44,825 nt of DNA from contig JBDRDL010000077.1 in NCBI GenBank assembly GCA_043820925.1, positions 1 through 44,825 of the forward strand. Reading direction: 5' to 3'. The first letter of the stretch is position 1. Each line of letters begins with the position of its first letter. Of this stretch, positions 36,750 through 44,825 are shown piece after piece. Source of the stretch: Methanobacteriota archaeon (GTDB taxonomy: Archaea > Hydrothermarchaeota > Hydrothermarchaeia > Hydrothermarchaeales > JACRDW01). Under the pieces are notes generated by a model. It was not told where the DNA came from and ran no database searches. It saw only the letters and a list, made by a program, of their open reading frames with translations. The position numbers and the translations under genes are program-made.

Positions 36750-39217
36750 GAGTAGTACTTCTCTAAATGTTCATGTAAGGTTGTTTGCTGGATATAATTT
36801 TTCATTCTTGGCATTCTTGCAATTTTATCTAAGTTGGCAGGATTGAATATTTTTTTGCTCTCAGCGAATAACTTCTCTAAATCTCTGTATCTTATAAAGT
36901 TCCATTTGACTTTTTTAATCGTCTCCTGAAGTATCGGCTCTTGCAACTTTTTGAAAAGGAAATTCTCTCTTTCCTCAGGTATAATTATGAATCTCTTCAG
37001 ATGGGGGCTCTCTGGTATGTTTGACCCTCTGATTATGGCGTCGGATATGCCGGTCGTGTTTTCGACCTCAAATTCATACAGGATTCGGCCGCTATCCAGC
37101 CACATCACGTCTATCTGCTTTACTCTGTCCTGCGCTACTGATTCTTGAGCAGCAAACATATAGTGAATATCATCGCACAGCTCTCGAAGTGGTTTCTTGT
37201 TGTATATCGCACTCTGCTCTTTCGAGCCAATCCAGACATCAAACTTAGCCTTCTTGCCGAGAGTTCCAAGGATATAAATCATCCTACTGTGCTGGCTTTC
37301 TCTTTCTTTTTCTGTCAAGCCGGGCTTGAGCATCCACCTGCCGTCCGGTGTAGGTCTTGCATATTCTTCAAGCACTTTCTTTATGTCCTGCGAATCCGGA
37401 GTGAGCGCATTCGGAAACTCTATGAAAACTGCCTGGAGTATGTCATCAAAGGATACTTTGAATTTTTTGTCCAAAACGTTAAGCACCACTCTCTCTACCC
37501 TGTCGCTCAGCGCAGGAGTTGTGAAATTTGAAAAATCCCTGCCCTTCAGCCACCATTTTTTGCCAACTACCGTGCCTTTCTCATTTCTTATATCGATTAA
37601 TTCAAAGTCCGTGTTTACGTGGTCTTTTAGTATATCTTCGATGTTCCTTGCGCCTATTGGAGCGTGGCGTCCGCCCTTCAAATCAACCATTATCCCGTTG
37701 AGGATGTGCTGGTATATCGTCGGCTCGCCTCTCTGCTCCAGTATCCCCTTAGCAACGAATACAACCTCCCGCTCATAGGTTTCCATGTCCATCTGTCTTT
37801 CGTTCACCATCCTCTCGCTCTCAGGCTTTTTGAAGCGGATATAGTAGTCGCCGACTGCGGAGCCGTAAGGTTGCAGAAGTCCTTTTGCAGAAGGTCTCGC
37901 CGGCGGCTGATAGATAATTTTTTCAAGGTCAAATCCAGACATCACAACCGCTTTTACGATGGAATTCCAGACTTTTATATCGGTGCTGTGAAATGTTACG
38001 GTTAGATACTTCCCGGGCTTCAAAACTTGGTACATCTCTCGAAATGCAGCCTTCAGCATTTTGTGATAAAATTCAAAATCTTTACCCTGCTGCGCATTTA
38101 CAGTAATCTCTTCATTGTAATTTATATCCATCTTCAACCAAGATGTCCACAAAGTGCTAAGCTCAAAATACTGCACAGCGCCGCCGTAAGGCGGGTCTGT
38201 GAATATATAATCTATACTGTTAGGTGGGATAATTTTGGTAATCTCAAGTGCATTGTGCGTTTTGATTAAAATATTTGCTCCATTATTCAAGTCATCAAAA
38301 CTCTTCGCCTCTTTATATTTTTCAAGTGCGTCATTCGATTCTATCTTGCCCTTGACTACCCCTTGCTTCCCTCTTGCAGCGCTCTCAAATAACATCCAGA
38401 CGTTGGATTCCATATACACCGGTGGCACCCAGTACCTATGTACGGGCCAGAAGGAGCTGTATTGTCTTGTTGGACGAACAGGAGTCATTATACTGGCTAA
38501 GTGAGCCATTGAAGTAAAAGCAAATTTCATCGGTTCGCGAATTTTTTTATTATCGATTTTTTCAATTTGATCGTAAATAGCAGATAGAGCAAATAAGTTT
38601 CTTCTCGTAAACAACTTATCAACAGAGTCAATTTGAGGGTTATGCGTTCCTTCCTTAAAATCTTCGCCATTATACTTTAGTTTTGTAGTAGGATACCAAT
38701 ATGGAATCCCCATCTTTTCTGTCTTTTTTATCAGCTTAAGATCATTCTCATCTGGTTTTTTGCTTGTTTTTGAATTACAATGCTTGCAATGATACATTAT
38801 TTTAATTGGAGTACTGTTTTCAAAATGGGTGCATATTATCAAAGCCTTTTTCCCACATTTCCTGCAAGTCGTCTCATAAAGCGCATTTATTTCGTCTTTC
38901 ACATTTTTCTCAATCTGTCTGAAAGCCTCTTCAAAGGCTTTCAAATCAGTGGGCATCGCCGTGCATCTTGTAATAAATTCAGAGATAGGATTCAAATCAA
39001 TTGCAATTGCCTTTCTCCCAGCTTTGAGCGCCTCTATCGCAGTCACGCCAGAACCCACAAATGGATCTAAAACGATTTCTCCCGGCTTGGAATAGCGCTC
39101 TATGTACTCCCTCACAACGTTGTGCGGCTTTCTTGCCCAGTACTTGTGCATGAGATACATCGGTGTGTGTGCCTTTGCAACCAAAGCGTGATTTATATCT
39201 TCTACAACTTGTTTCAT
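36746..39217 (-). CDS. Amino-DNA methyltransferase (Zn-ribbon insert) fused to a C-terminal PD-(D/E)xK-like domain
   Basis: HKYWARKP, LDPFVGSG (motif I), CRKC/CKHC, FTDPPY (motif IV), C-terminal IDVMW...YEFEVENTT. Confidence 0.85.
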   Translation of the reverse strand: MKQVVEDINHALVAKAHTPMYLMHKYWARKPHNVVREYIERYSKPGEIVLDPFVGSGVTAIEALKAGRKAIAIDLNPISEFITRCTAMPTDLKAFEEAFRQIEKNVKDEINALYETTCRKCGKKALIICTHFENSTPIKIMYHCKHCNSKTSKKPDENDLKLIKKTEKMGIPYWYPTTKLKYNGEDFKEGTHNPQIDSVDKLFTRRNLFALSAIYDQIEKIDNKKIREPMKFAFTSMAHLASIMTPVRPTRQYSSFWPVHRYWVPPVYMESNVWMLFESAARGKQGVVKGKIESNDALEKYKEAKSFDDLNNGANILIKTHNALEITKIIPPNSIDYIFTDPPYGGAVQYFELSTLWTSWLKMDINYNEEITVNAQQGKDFEFYHKMLKAAFREMYQVLKPGKYLTVTFHSTDIKVWNSIVKAVVMSGFDLEKIIYQPPARPSAKGLLQPYGSAVGDYYIRFKKPESERMVNERQMDMETYEREVVFVAKGILEQRGEPTIYQHILNGIMVDLKGGRHAPIGARNIEDILKDHVNTDFELIDIRNEKGTVVGKKWWLKGRDFSNFTTPALSDRVERVVLNVLDKKFKVSFDDILQAVFIEFPNALTPDSQDIKKVLEEYARPTPDGRWMLKPGLTEKERESQHSRMIYILGTLGKKAKFDVWIGSKEQSAIYNKKPLRELCDDIHYMFAAQESVAQDRVKQIDVMWLDSGRILYEFEVENTTGISDAIIRGSNIPESPHLKRFIIIPEERENFLFKKLQEPILQETIKKVKWNFIRYRDLEKLFAESKKIFNPANLDKIARMPRMKNYIQQTTLHEHLEKYYS

Positions 39218-39333
39218 AGCTATCAACAGATTTTATTTAAAGCTATACATATCTTTGTTTCCGTAGAGCACCGGAAAAGTGGTTTCCGGTTGCTCCAGCT
39301 TATGCTGGGGCATTGGAAAAGTGATATAGACAC

Positions 39334-40371
39334 TCACACAAATTCATTCTCGAACCCCGTCCCTTTCACTCTTATGTAATATCTGCCTTCCCTTTCTAAA
39401 ATCTCAAACCTGCTTCCCAGGATTTTTTCAACGATGTAGATGTTTGTTTTTAAATGATTCGTCAGCCTGCTAACGACGATTTCGGAATTTCCATTTGCGA
39501 TTGCTAGGTAGGGTATAATCTGGTCTCCCATGTGCGAGTCTACAGCAGCACCGCTCTGCATTTCTTCCAGAAGTTTTTTAGCGGCCTCCGCCCCGACTTT
39601 TTCTGCAGGTTTGCCGATTTCCCCTATTGCGCTTGCTCCGAGAACAGAGCCTTCGTATTCAGCCCAGAGGGTTATTCCAGTGCCTGTTGAAAAGTATTTG
39701 CTGCACTCGCCAGCGATTTCGCACTCGCTGCCCAAGATATTTTTCGCAGCTTTTATCTCCCTCTCCACGATGTGGCATGGGAGATTTGAAGAGTGAGCAG
39801 TGCCTTTTATTCTTATAAGATTCCCTTTGTCAGCGAGTTGCAATGCATTAAAGTTTTTCACTGGAAAAACTTTAGCGACAACTTCCCCATTTCCCTTCGG
39901 GTAGTAGCCTCTCTTGAGCAATTCAATTCCGGCATTGCATCCCATTTTCCCCACGATTCGACAGAATACGTTCTTTAGATAATCCATGCTCGGAGACCAC
40001 GCAACGTCTGTACCGCCCCTGATTTTCAGCTCTATGACCTTATCGGTAAATGCGCCGGGGAGCAAAAGCGTTTGCAGCACCAGGGATATGCTGCCTGCGG
40101 TGCCTACGTCTATAGCATAACTTCCAGATTTTATTGCTCCTGGAGAAAATTTTACCTCAGTAGAACCGACCTCTGCCCCGCTAACTTCTGCATCCGTTAT
40201 TTTCTGCATTGCTTTTATTCCAGTCAAGTGCTGCTGCGCCAGCCCGGGTTTCGGTCTTTTAAGTCTTATGTTGAATATTTTAATTGGCTCACGAAGCAGA
40301 GCACCGAGAGCTATTGAAGTTCTGAGTATCTGTCCCCCTCCCTCTCCGTACGAGCCGTCGATTTCAATCAT
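39334..40371 (-). CDS. rtcA: RNA 3'-terminal phosphate cyclase
   Basis: IDGSYGEGGGQILR, RPKPGL..QH, GGTDVAWSP, RGYYPKG, DSHMGDQ. Confidence 0.96.
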   Translation of the reverse strand: MIEIDGSYGEGGGQILRTSIALGALLREPIKIFNIRLKRPKPGLAQQHLTGIKAMQKITDAEVSGAEVGSTEVKFSPGAIKSGSYAIDVGTAGSISLVLQTLLLPGAFTDKVIELKIRGGTDVAWSPSMDYLKNVFCRIVGKMGCNAGIELLKRGYYPKGNGEVVAKVFPVKNFNALQLADKGNLIRIKGTAHSSNLPCHIVEREIKAAKNILGSECEIAGECSKYFSTGTGITLWAEYEGSVLGASAIGEIGKPAEKVGAEAAKKLLEEMQSGAAVDSHMGDQIIPYLAIANGNSEIVVSRLTNHLKTNIYIVEKILGSRFEILEREGRYYIRVKGTGFENEFV

Positions 40372-40658
40372 GTTTTAAACCTGATTTTAGTTAAATCTAA
40401 ACCTTCTCCTCGTAATTAGTCAGATGTTTATTATGGTATGATTTCCATACAGTATTCGCTAACACTGACCATACTTATCCGAAGCTTGGGTATTTTTATA
40501 GTCTAATTCCTGGAGCAATATCCTACTATTCCCCGAAGGTAGAGTTTGTAAATCCATAAGGCGTCACGCTCGAAGCAGGTTTATATGTTTCGCATTGCAA
40601 AAAGCTAATTGAGAGAATAAGCTCGGGTAAACACATCTACGGTTGAGTAGAGGCTGAC

Positions 40659-40934
40659 TTATTTTTTAATCTTCACTTCGAGCCAATCGCCTATTATGGT
40701 GCCAGCAACGAACATCAATGTTAGAAAACCTATAGCGATAATGGAGCCGATCAGAGTAGTGCCAAAAGTCAGGAAACCTCCCACGAACAGGTTCAGAACT
40801 GCGAACACTATGCCTATAACCACTCCTATCTTCAGTCCCTTCTTCAACAACTTCCCCTTGGCTTCCTTTCCTGGATTAATGTACCCGTAGACTATTCCCG
40901 CAATAAAAGCCAATACATCCAAAGCCATGCCCAT
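40659..40934 (-). CDS. Small 3-TM membrane protein
   Basis: 91 aa hydrophobic; GYINPGKE and GTIIGDWLE. Confidence 0.7.
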   Translation of the reverse strand: MGMALDVLAFIAGIVYGYINPGKEAKGKLLKKGLKIGVVIGIVFAVLNLFVGGFLTFGTTLIGSIIAIGFLTLMFVAGTIIGDWLEVKIKK

Positions 40935-41096
40935 CCATTTAATGAAACTGCTATAAAGCTTTTTCGGAATTGGGGTTCTGTTTTAAGTTAAGGAGTATTT
41001 AGTTCGATTCAGTTTTGCATCTAACCTTGATTTTCCCGATTTTTGGGTGCATTAATATCAAATCCTCCTTCTCTAGTAGTTAATCTAAACCTAATT

Positions 41097-41501
41097 TTAA
41101 GTTTTAAAATTTACTTTTCCACTTCTGAGTATCAGGACTGTAAATGCTTCGTAAACTTTGTTTCCCATGATTTTTTCTCCCAATTTTCTTCTAATGATTC
41201 CAACGAGCGAGGTTGTGTTGTAAAGAATTTTAATTCCGTGCTTGTCTGCCTCTTTAAATATCATGCGCGGTATTTCAAATACATCCATGCCAGACTCAAC
41301 ATGCATCTCAACCGGCTCAAGCATCTCAAAAGCCTCTATAGTCGCTCTTGCCCGCTCCACGTTCTCCTTCGCCCTTCTTTCAGTTATGGTTACGTTTTCC
41401 CTCGTGCTGCCCAGCTTTTTGGCTATTTCTTCCTGAGTATAGCCTCGGGTTCTAAGTTTCAAAACCTCCAGCTGCTTTGATGTGAGGAAAGACTTTGCCA
41501 T
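41097..41501 (-). CDS. tfx: Tfx-family DNA-binding protein
   Basis: SFLTSKQLEVLKLR.RGYTQEEIA..LGSTRENVTITERRA..NVERA.AT. Confidence 0.88.
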   Translation of the reverse strand: MAKSFLTSKQLEVLKLRTRGYTQEEIAKKLGSTRENVTITERRAKENVERARATIEAFEMLEPVEMHVESGMDVFEIPRMIFKEADKHGIKILYNTTSLVGIIRRKLGEKIMGNKVYEAFTVLILRSGKVNFKT

Positions 41502-41514
41502 ATTTTTCAATTAT

Positions 41515-41584
41515 GTAAACTAATATATTTACTTTTCTGTGATACAATAACAAAATTTAAATATTAGTATATATTTTAGCTTAC
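41515..41584. promoter_or_regulatory. Inverted pair of 18-bp motifs in the tfx/tupA divergent promoter
   Basis: GTAAACTAATATATTTAC (41515-41532, +) vs GTAAGCTAAAATATATAC (41567-41584, -): 15/18 identical. Confidence 0.45.
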
Positions 41585-41601
41585 TAATCTAGAGTTGAGA
41601 T

Positions 41602-42471
41602 ATGAAGGCATGGGTGGGAATTATTATACTCTTAATAACAGCCGGCTGCATCTCGCAGCAGGAGGAGACTTTGAAACTCGCAACTACCACAAGCACCTGC
41701 GACACCGGCTTGCTGAACGAGCTGAATGGGGTATTCTATGAGAAGTACAGAGCTAAGGTGCAGGTAGTGTGCATGGGCACTGGAGCAAGCATTAAAACAG
41801 GCGAGCAGGGCGGGGTTGATGTTGTAATTGTGCATGCACCCAGTCTCGAGGAAGTCTCGGCTGCTGAGGGCTACTACGTCAACAGGCGCTATTTAATGTA
41901 CAACGATTTTGTGGTTATAGGCCCAGAGGGCGACCCTGCAGGGATAAAAGGCATGAAAAGCGCTGCTGAAGCCTTCAAAAAAATTGCCTCCGCACAGGCG
42001 ACCTTCATCTCTCGCGGTGATAACTCCGGCACCCATACTAAAGAACTGGAGCTCTGGAAGGCGTCAGGAATAGAGCCAGAAGGGGTCTGGTACAAGAGCA
42101 TAGGCAAGGGAATGGGAGCTGCGATTAATACTGCAACTGCGGAGCAGGGTTATGCCCTTGCAGATAGAGGAACTTACCTTGCGGTCAAGGGCAACACAAA
42201 TCTGAAAATACTGGTAGAGGGAGATGCAGCACTCTTTAACCCCTATCACATCATGGCGGTAAATCCTGAAAAGTACCCGGACATAAAATACGAGCTGGCA
42301 ATGCAGTACATCTCCTTCCTCACCTCTCCGCAAGCTCAGAAAATAATTTCAAACTACGGAATAGAGTACACGCTCGACCCGAACACCGGAGAAAGGAAGC
42401 CGGGCTTTGGTGAGGCGTTATTCATGCCCGCAGCGATAGGTAAAGAGGTGCATAGTGTTCGAAATGAGTAG
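41602..42471 (+). CDS. tupA: Tungstate ABC transporter substrate-binding lipoprotein
   Basis: Lipobox TAGC; ATTTST.DTGLL (TTTS motif), MYNDFV..GP..DPA, SRGDNSGTH.KE. Confidence 0.92.
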   Translation: MKAWVGIIILLITAGCISQQEETLKLATTTSTCDTGLLNELNGVFYEKYRAKVQVVCMGTGASIKTGEQGGVDVVIVHAPSLEEVSAAEGYYVNRRYLMYNDFVVIGPEGDPAGIKGMKSAAEAFKKIASAQATFISRGDNSGTHTKELELWKASGIEPEGVWYKSIGKGMGAAINTATAEQGYALADRGTYLAVKGNTNLKILVEGDAALFNPYHIMAVNPEKYPDIKYELAMQYISFLTSPQAQKIISNYGIEYTLDPNTGERKPGFGEALFMPAAIGKEVHSVRNE

Positions 42472-43177
42472 CGTAGAATTTTTGTACGAAGGTCTTGCGA
42501 GGGCGGTAGAGATGATTCTCACCCTCGACCCCTATGTGATAAGTGTAACGAAAGTACAGCTGAAGGTGACTGGCAGCGCAGTGCTGCTCAGCGTACTTTT
42601 CAGCATTCCTCTGGCCGCATTTATCTCCTTCAGGGAATTCCTCGGAAAGAGAATCCTGATTATTCTCATAGACACTTGCATGGGACTCCCGCCGGTCGTC
42701 GTTGGACTTGTTGTTTTTATATTTTTCATCAGCTCGGGTCCTCTCGGCTTTTTAGGCTTGTTTTACACCCCGGCTGCGATGGCAACAGCGCAGTTCATTC
42801 TTGCCACGCCCATAATAACCGGCGTAACCATAGCGGCGTTATCTGCTGTCGGGAAGCCGATAAGAGATACTGCCATAAGCCTGGGCGCTACCCGAAGCGA
42901 CGTTGTGTGGCTGGTCATAAGGGAAGCGAAGTTCGGAATTCTGACAGCTATACTCGCAGGCTTCGGAAGAGCGATAGCAGAAGTAGGTGCGATATTGATA
43001 GCAGGCGGAAACATAGTTTACTGGGGTGGCGAATCATATACGAGAACGCTAAGCACTGCAATTGTGGTAGAGGCGGATAGAGGCGATATAGCAGCTGCAA
43101 TTGCTTTCGGCATAATCCTTCTCACAATAGCTTTCTCGGCAAACCTGTGCTTAAATCTTTTGAAAAGGAGAGCCTGA
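42455..43177 (+). CDS. tupB: Tungstate ABC transporter permease
   Basis: MGLPPVVVGL, GFGRAIAEVGA..IAGGNI, TRTLSTAI; GAGGTG RBS. Confidence 0.92.
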   Translation: MFEMSSVEFLYEGLARAVEMILTLDPYVISVTKVQLKVTGSAVLLSVLFSIPLAAFISFREFLGKRILIILIDTCMGLPPVVVGLVVFIFFISSGPLGFLGLFYTPAAMATAQFILATPIITGVTIAALSAVGKPIRDTAISLGATRSDVVWLVIREAKFGILTAILAGFGRAIAEVGAILIAGGNIVYWGGESYTRTLSTAIVVEADRGDIAAAIAFGIILLTIAFSANLCLNLLKRRA

Positions 43178-43178
43178 A

Positions 43179-44267
43179 ATGTTAAGAATAGAGAACCTGC
43201 GCAAGAGTTTCGAGGGCAAGACGGTCTTGGAGGATATAAATCTTGAAATAAAAAAAGGAGAGATTTTTGCGGTTTTGGGTCCAAGCGGCGCTGGAAAAAC
43301 GACTCTGCTGCGAGTTTTAAACCTGCTTGAAAAACCCAGCAATGGCAGGGTTTTGTTTTATTTGTCAGGCAGCGAGAAGGAAAAGCTTGCGCTCCGCCGC
43401 AAAATGGCGATGGTATTTCAGGAGGCACCTCTTTTCAACAGGAGCGTTTACGAAAACGTAGCCTATAGTTTGGAAGTCAGAAAAGAGAAGCAGGAAGCAA
43501 TAAAAGAAAAGGTTAAAAGAATCCTGCTTCTTGTTGGGCTCTCGGGTTATGAAAGCAGAAACGCTGCTACTCTGTCAGGCGGCGAGAAGCAGAGGGTAGC
43601 TTTTGCGATGGCAACTATTTTTGAGCCGGAGCTGCTCTTCCTCGACGAGCCGACTGCGAATCTCGACCCGGTAAACGAGGGCATCATTGAAGAATTAATC
43701 GTGCGCATAAACAGGCTCGGAATTACAATAGTTCTTGCAACGCACAAACAGGCAGAGGTGCTTGCACTTGCGAGCAGGATTGCGGTTTTAAATAGAGGCA
43801 GAATAGAGCAGACGGGCAGCCCTGAGGAAATATTCTACAAACCAAAAACGAGATTCGTTGCAGAATTTGTTGGCACGAAGAACATTTTTGAAGGAGAGGT
43901 CAAGTCAAAGCATGGTAATAAAATGCTCGTTGCTGCTAAAAACTTCGATTTAGAGGTTCCGGGCAATTCGTTTAATGCAGGAGAACAAGTCTACGTGTGC
44001 ATTCGTCCAGAGGAAATCATGGTTTTGAGGGAAGATGTGCCTGCAAAAACAGCGCACAGGAATGTGCTCTCGGGGAAAATAACTCAAATAATTTCCCGGG
44101 GCGGAGCAATGCTCAGGCTTTATGTTCAAGTCCGGGAGGAATACTTAGTTGTGGACATTCCGAGGCATGCTGCGAAGGTAATGAATTTAAAAGTCGGGAA
44201 AGAGGTCAAGCTATCGCTGAAGTTCGGCTCTTGTCATGTTATTTATAGAACAATTCCTAGAACCTGA
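43179..44267 (+). CDS. tupC: Tungstate ABC transporter ATPase with TOBE domains
   Basis: GPSGAGKT, LSGGEKQR, LDEPT, C-terminal OB/TOBE region. Confidence 0.9.
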   Translation: MLRIENLRKSFEGKTVLEDINLEIKKGEIFAVLGPSGAGKTTLLRVLNLLEKPSNGRVLFYLSGSEKEKLALRRKMAMVFQEAPLFNRSVYENVAYSLEVRKEKQEAIKEKVKRILLLVGLSGYESRNAATLSGGEKQRVAFAMATIFEPELLFLDEPTANLDPVNEGIIEELIVRINRLGITIVLATHKQAEVLALASRIAVLNRGRIEQTGSPEEIFYKPKTRFVAEFVGTKNIFEGEVKSKHGNKMLVAAKNFDLEVPGNSFNAGEQVYVCIRPEEIMVLREDVPAKTAHRNVLSGKITQIISRGGAMLRLYVQVREEYLVVDIPRHAAKVMNLKVGKEVKLSLKFGSCHVIYRTIPRT

Positions 44268-44437
44268 ATTATCATCCTTATCATAAAGCCGACTAAGCCA
44301 ACTATGAGCATTCCCAAGCCCGTAACTTTTGCAATGGTTACGAATTCATATTTTTTCGGCTTTCTGGAGAGTTTAACAACTCTGCTCCATTCTTCTAAAG
44401 TTTCTCTAATCATTGTCGCTTTTCTCAGCTTATTCAA
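44243..44437 (-). CDS. secE: Protein translocase subunit SecE/Sec61-gamma
   Basis: EWSRVVKLSRKP...EF...AKVTGLG...VGLVGF; directly downstream of ftsZ. Confidence 0.92.
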   Translation of the reverse strand: MNKLRKATMIRETLEEWSRVVKLSRKPKKYEFVTIAKVTGLGMLIVGLVGFMIRMIIQVLGIVL

Positions 44438-44825
44438 TGAAATCTATGCCAAGCTCCCGCCTTAAATCTGTCTCTCTCCTGGGTCTCATTATCTCCTCTG
44501 GACCTAAAATTTGCCTTGACCTGACGCCGGTAATCACGAGCATTACCCTTATCAAACCTTTCAACTCGTTTTCGATTTGAGCCCCCCAGATTATATTCGC
44601 TTTCGGGTCCAGCCTTTCTGAAACCACTTCGACTACTTGCTCTGCCTCTGCTAGAGTTAAATCTTCTCCTCCCACTACATTGATGAGCGCACCTTTTGCA
44701 CCAGTTATATCCACGCTGAGCAGGGGGCTGTTAATTGCTTTGTCTATCGCTTCTGCTGCCCTGTTTTCTGTGTCGCTTTCCCCCATGCCAATCATCGCAA
44801 CCCCGCCGCCCTCCATAACAGCTCT
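44430..44825 (-). CDS. ftsZ: Cell division protein FtsZ (C-terminal part, runs off window end)
   Basis: GGVAMIGMGES, AINSPLL.VDITGAKGAL, IIWGA, VITGV, ELGIDFI tail. Confidence 0.96.
   Translation of the reverse strand, partial: RAVMEGGGVAMIGMGESDTENRAAEAIDKAINSPLLSVDITGAKGALINVVGGEDLTLAEAEQVVEVVSERLDPKANIIWGAQIENELKGLIRVMLVITGVRSRQILGPEEIMRPRRETDLRRELGIDFIE

Noticed and set aside
40433..40475. C/D box sRNA (terminal stem TATGGT/ACCATA, CTGA)
   Set aside because: The C box is poor (ATGATTT), the region is too short and there are no C'/D' boxes; only a weak hairpin is supportable.

Overview
Gene-dense archaeal (euryarchaeal-type) chromosome segment; the lineage cannot be fixed from sequence alone. 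Housekeeping genes: pdxS, hisH/hisF, purS-purL-purQ, purC, purB, hel308, trm1, adenylate kinase, NOG1 GTPase, rtcA, tfx + tupABC, secE, ftsZ. Three accessory insertions interrupt them. (1) ~3.8-10.8 kb, between hisH and a CDF-hisF unit: an IS200-like element whose tnpA is broken by a 44-nt hairpin, two related PIN toxin-antitoxin modules (one decayed), a dif-like palindrome, an MFS gene bounded by two 80-bp attC-like sites, and a co-oriented Cys-rich cluster. That cluster encodes a stand-alone MtrA-like corrinoid protein, four small Cys-rich proteins and a MerT/HMA-like membrane protein. It is the best candidate here for an undescribed system (corrinoid-linked metal(loid) methyl transfer or detoxification). 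(2) ~16.7-19.05 kb, an AT-rich trio of PRTase + winged-HTH + HD phosphohydrolase resembling a nucleotide-based conflict/defence module. (3) A fused DNA methyltransferase-nuclease gene. Several short hairpin elements also occur in intergenic DNA, including two copies of a 46-48 nt stem-loop with a compensatory indel and a 119-nt structured insert flanked by a 15-bp duplication. All family calls come from motif recognition by eye; no searches were run.
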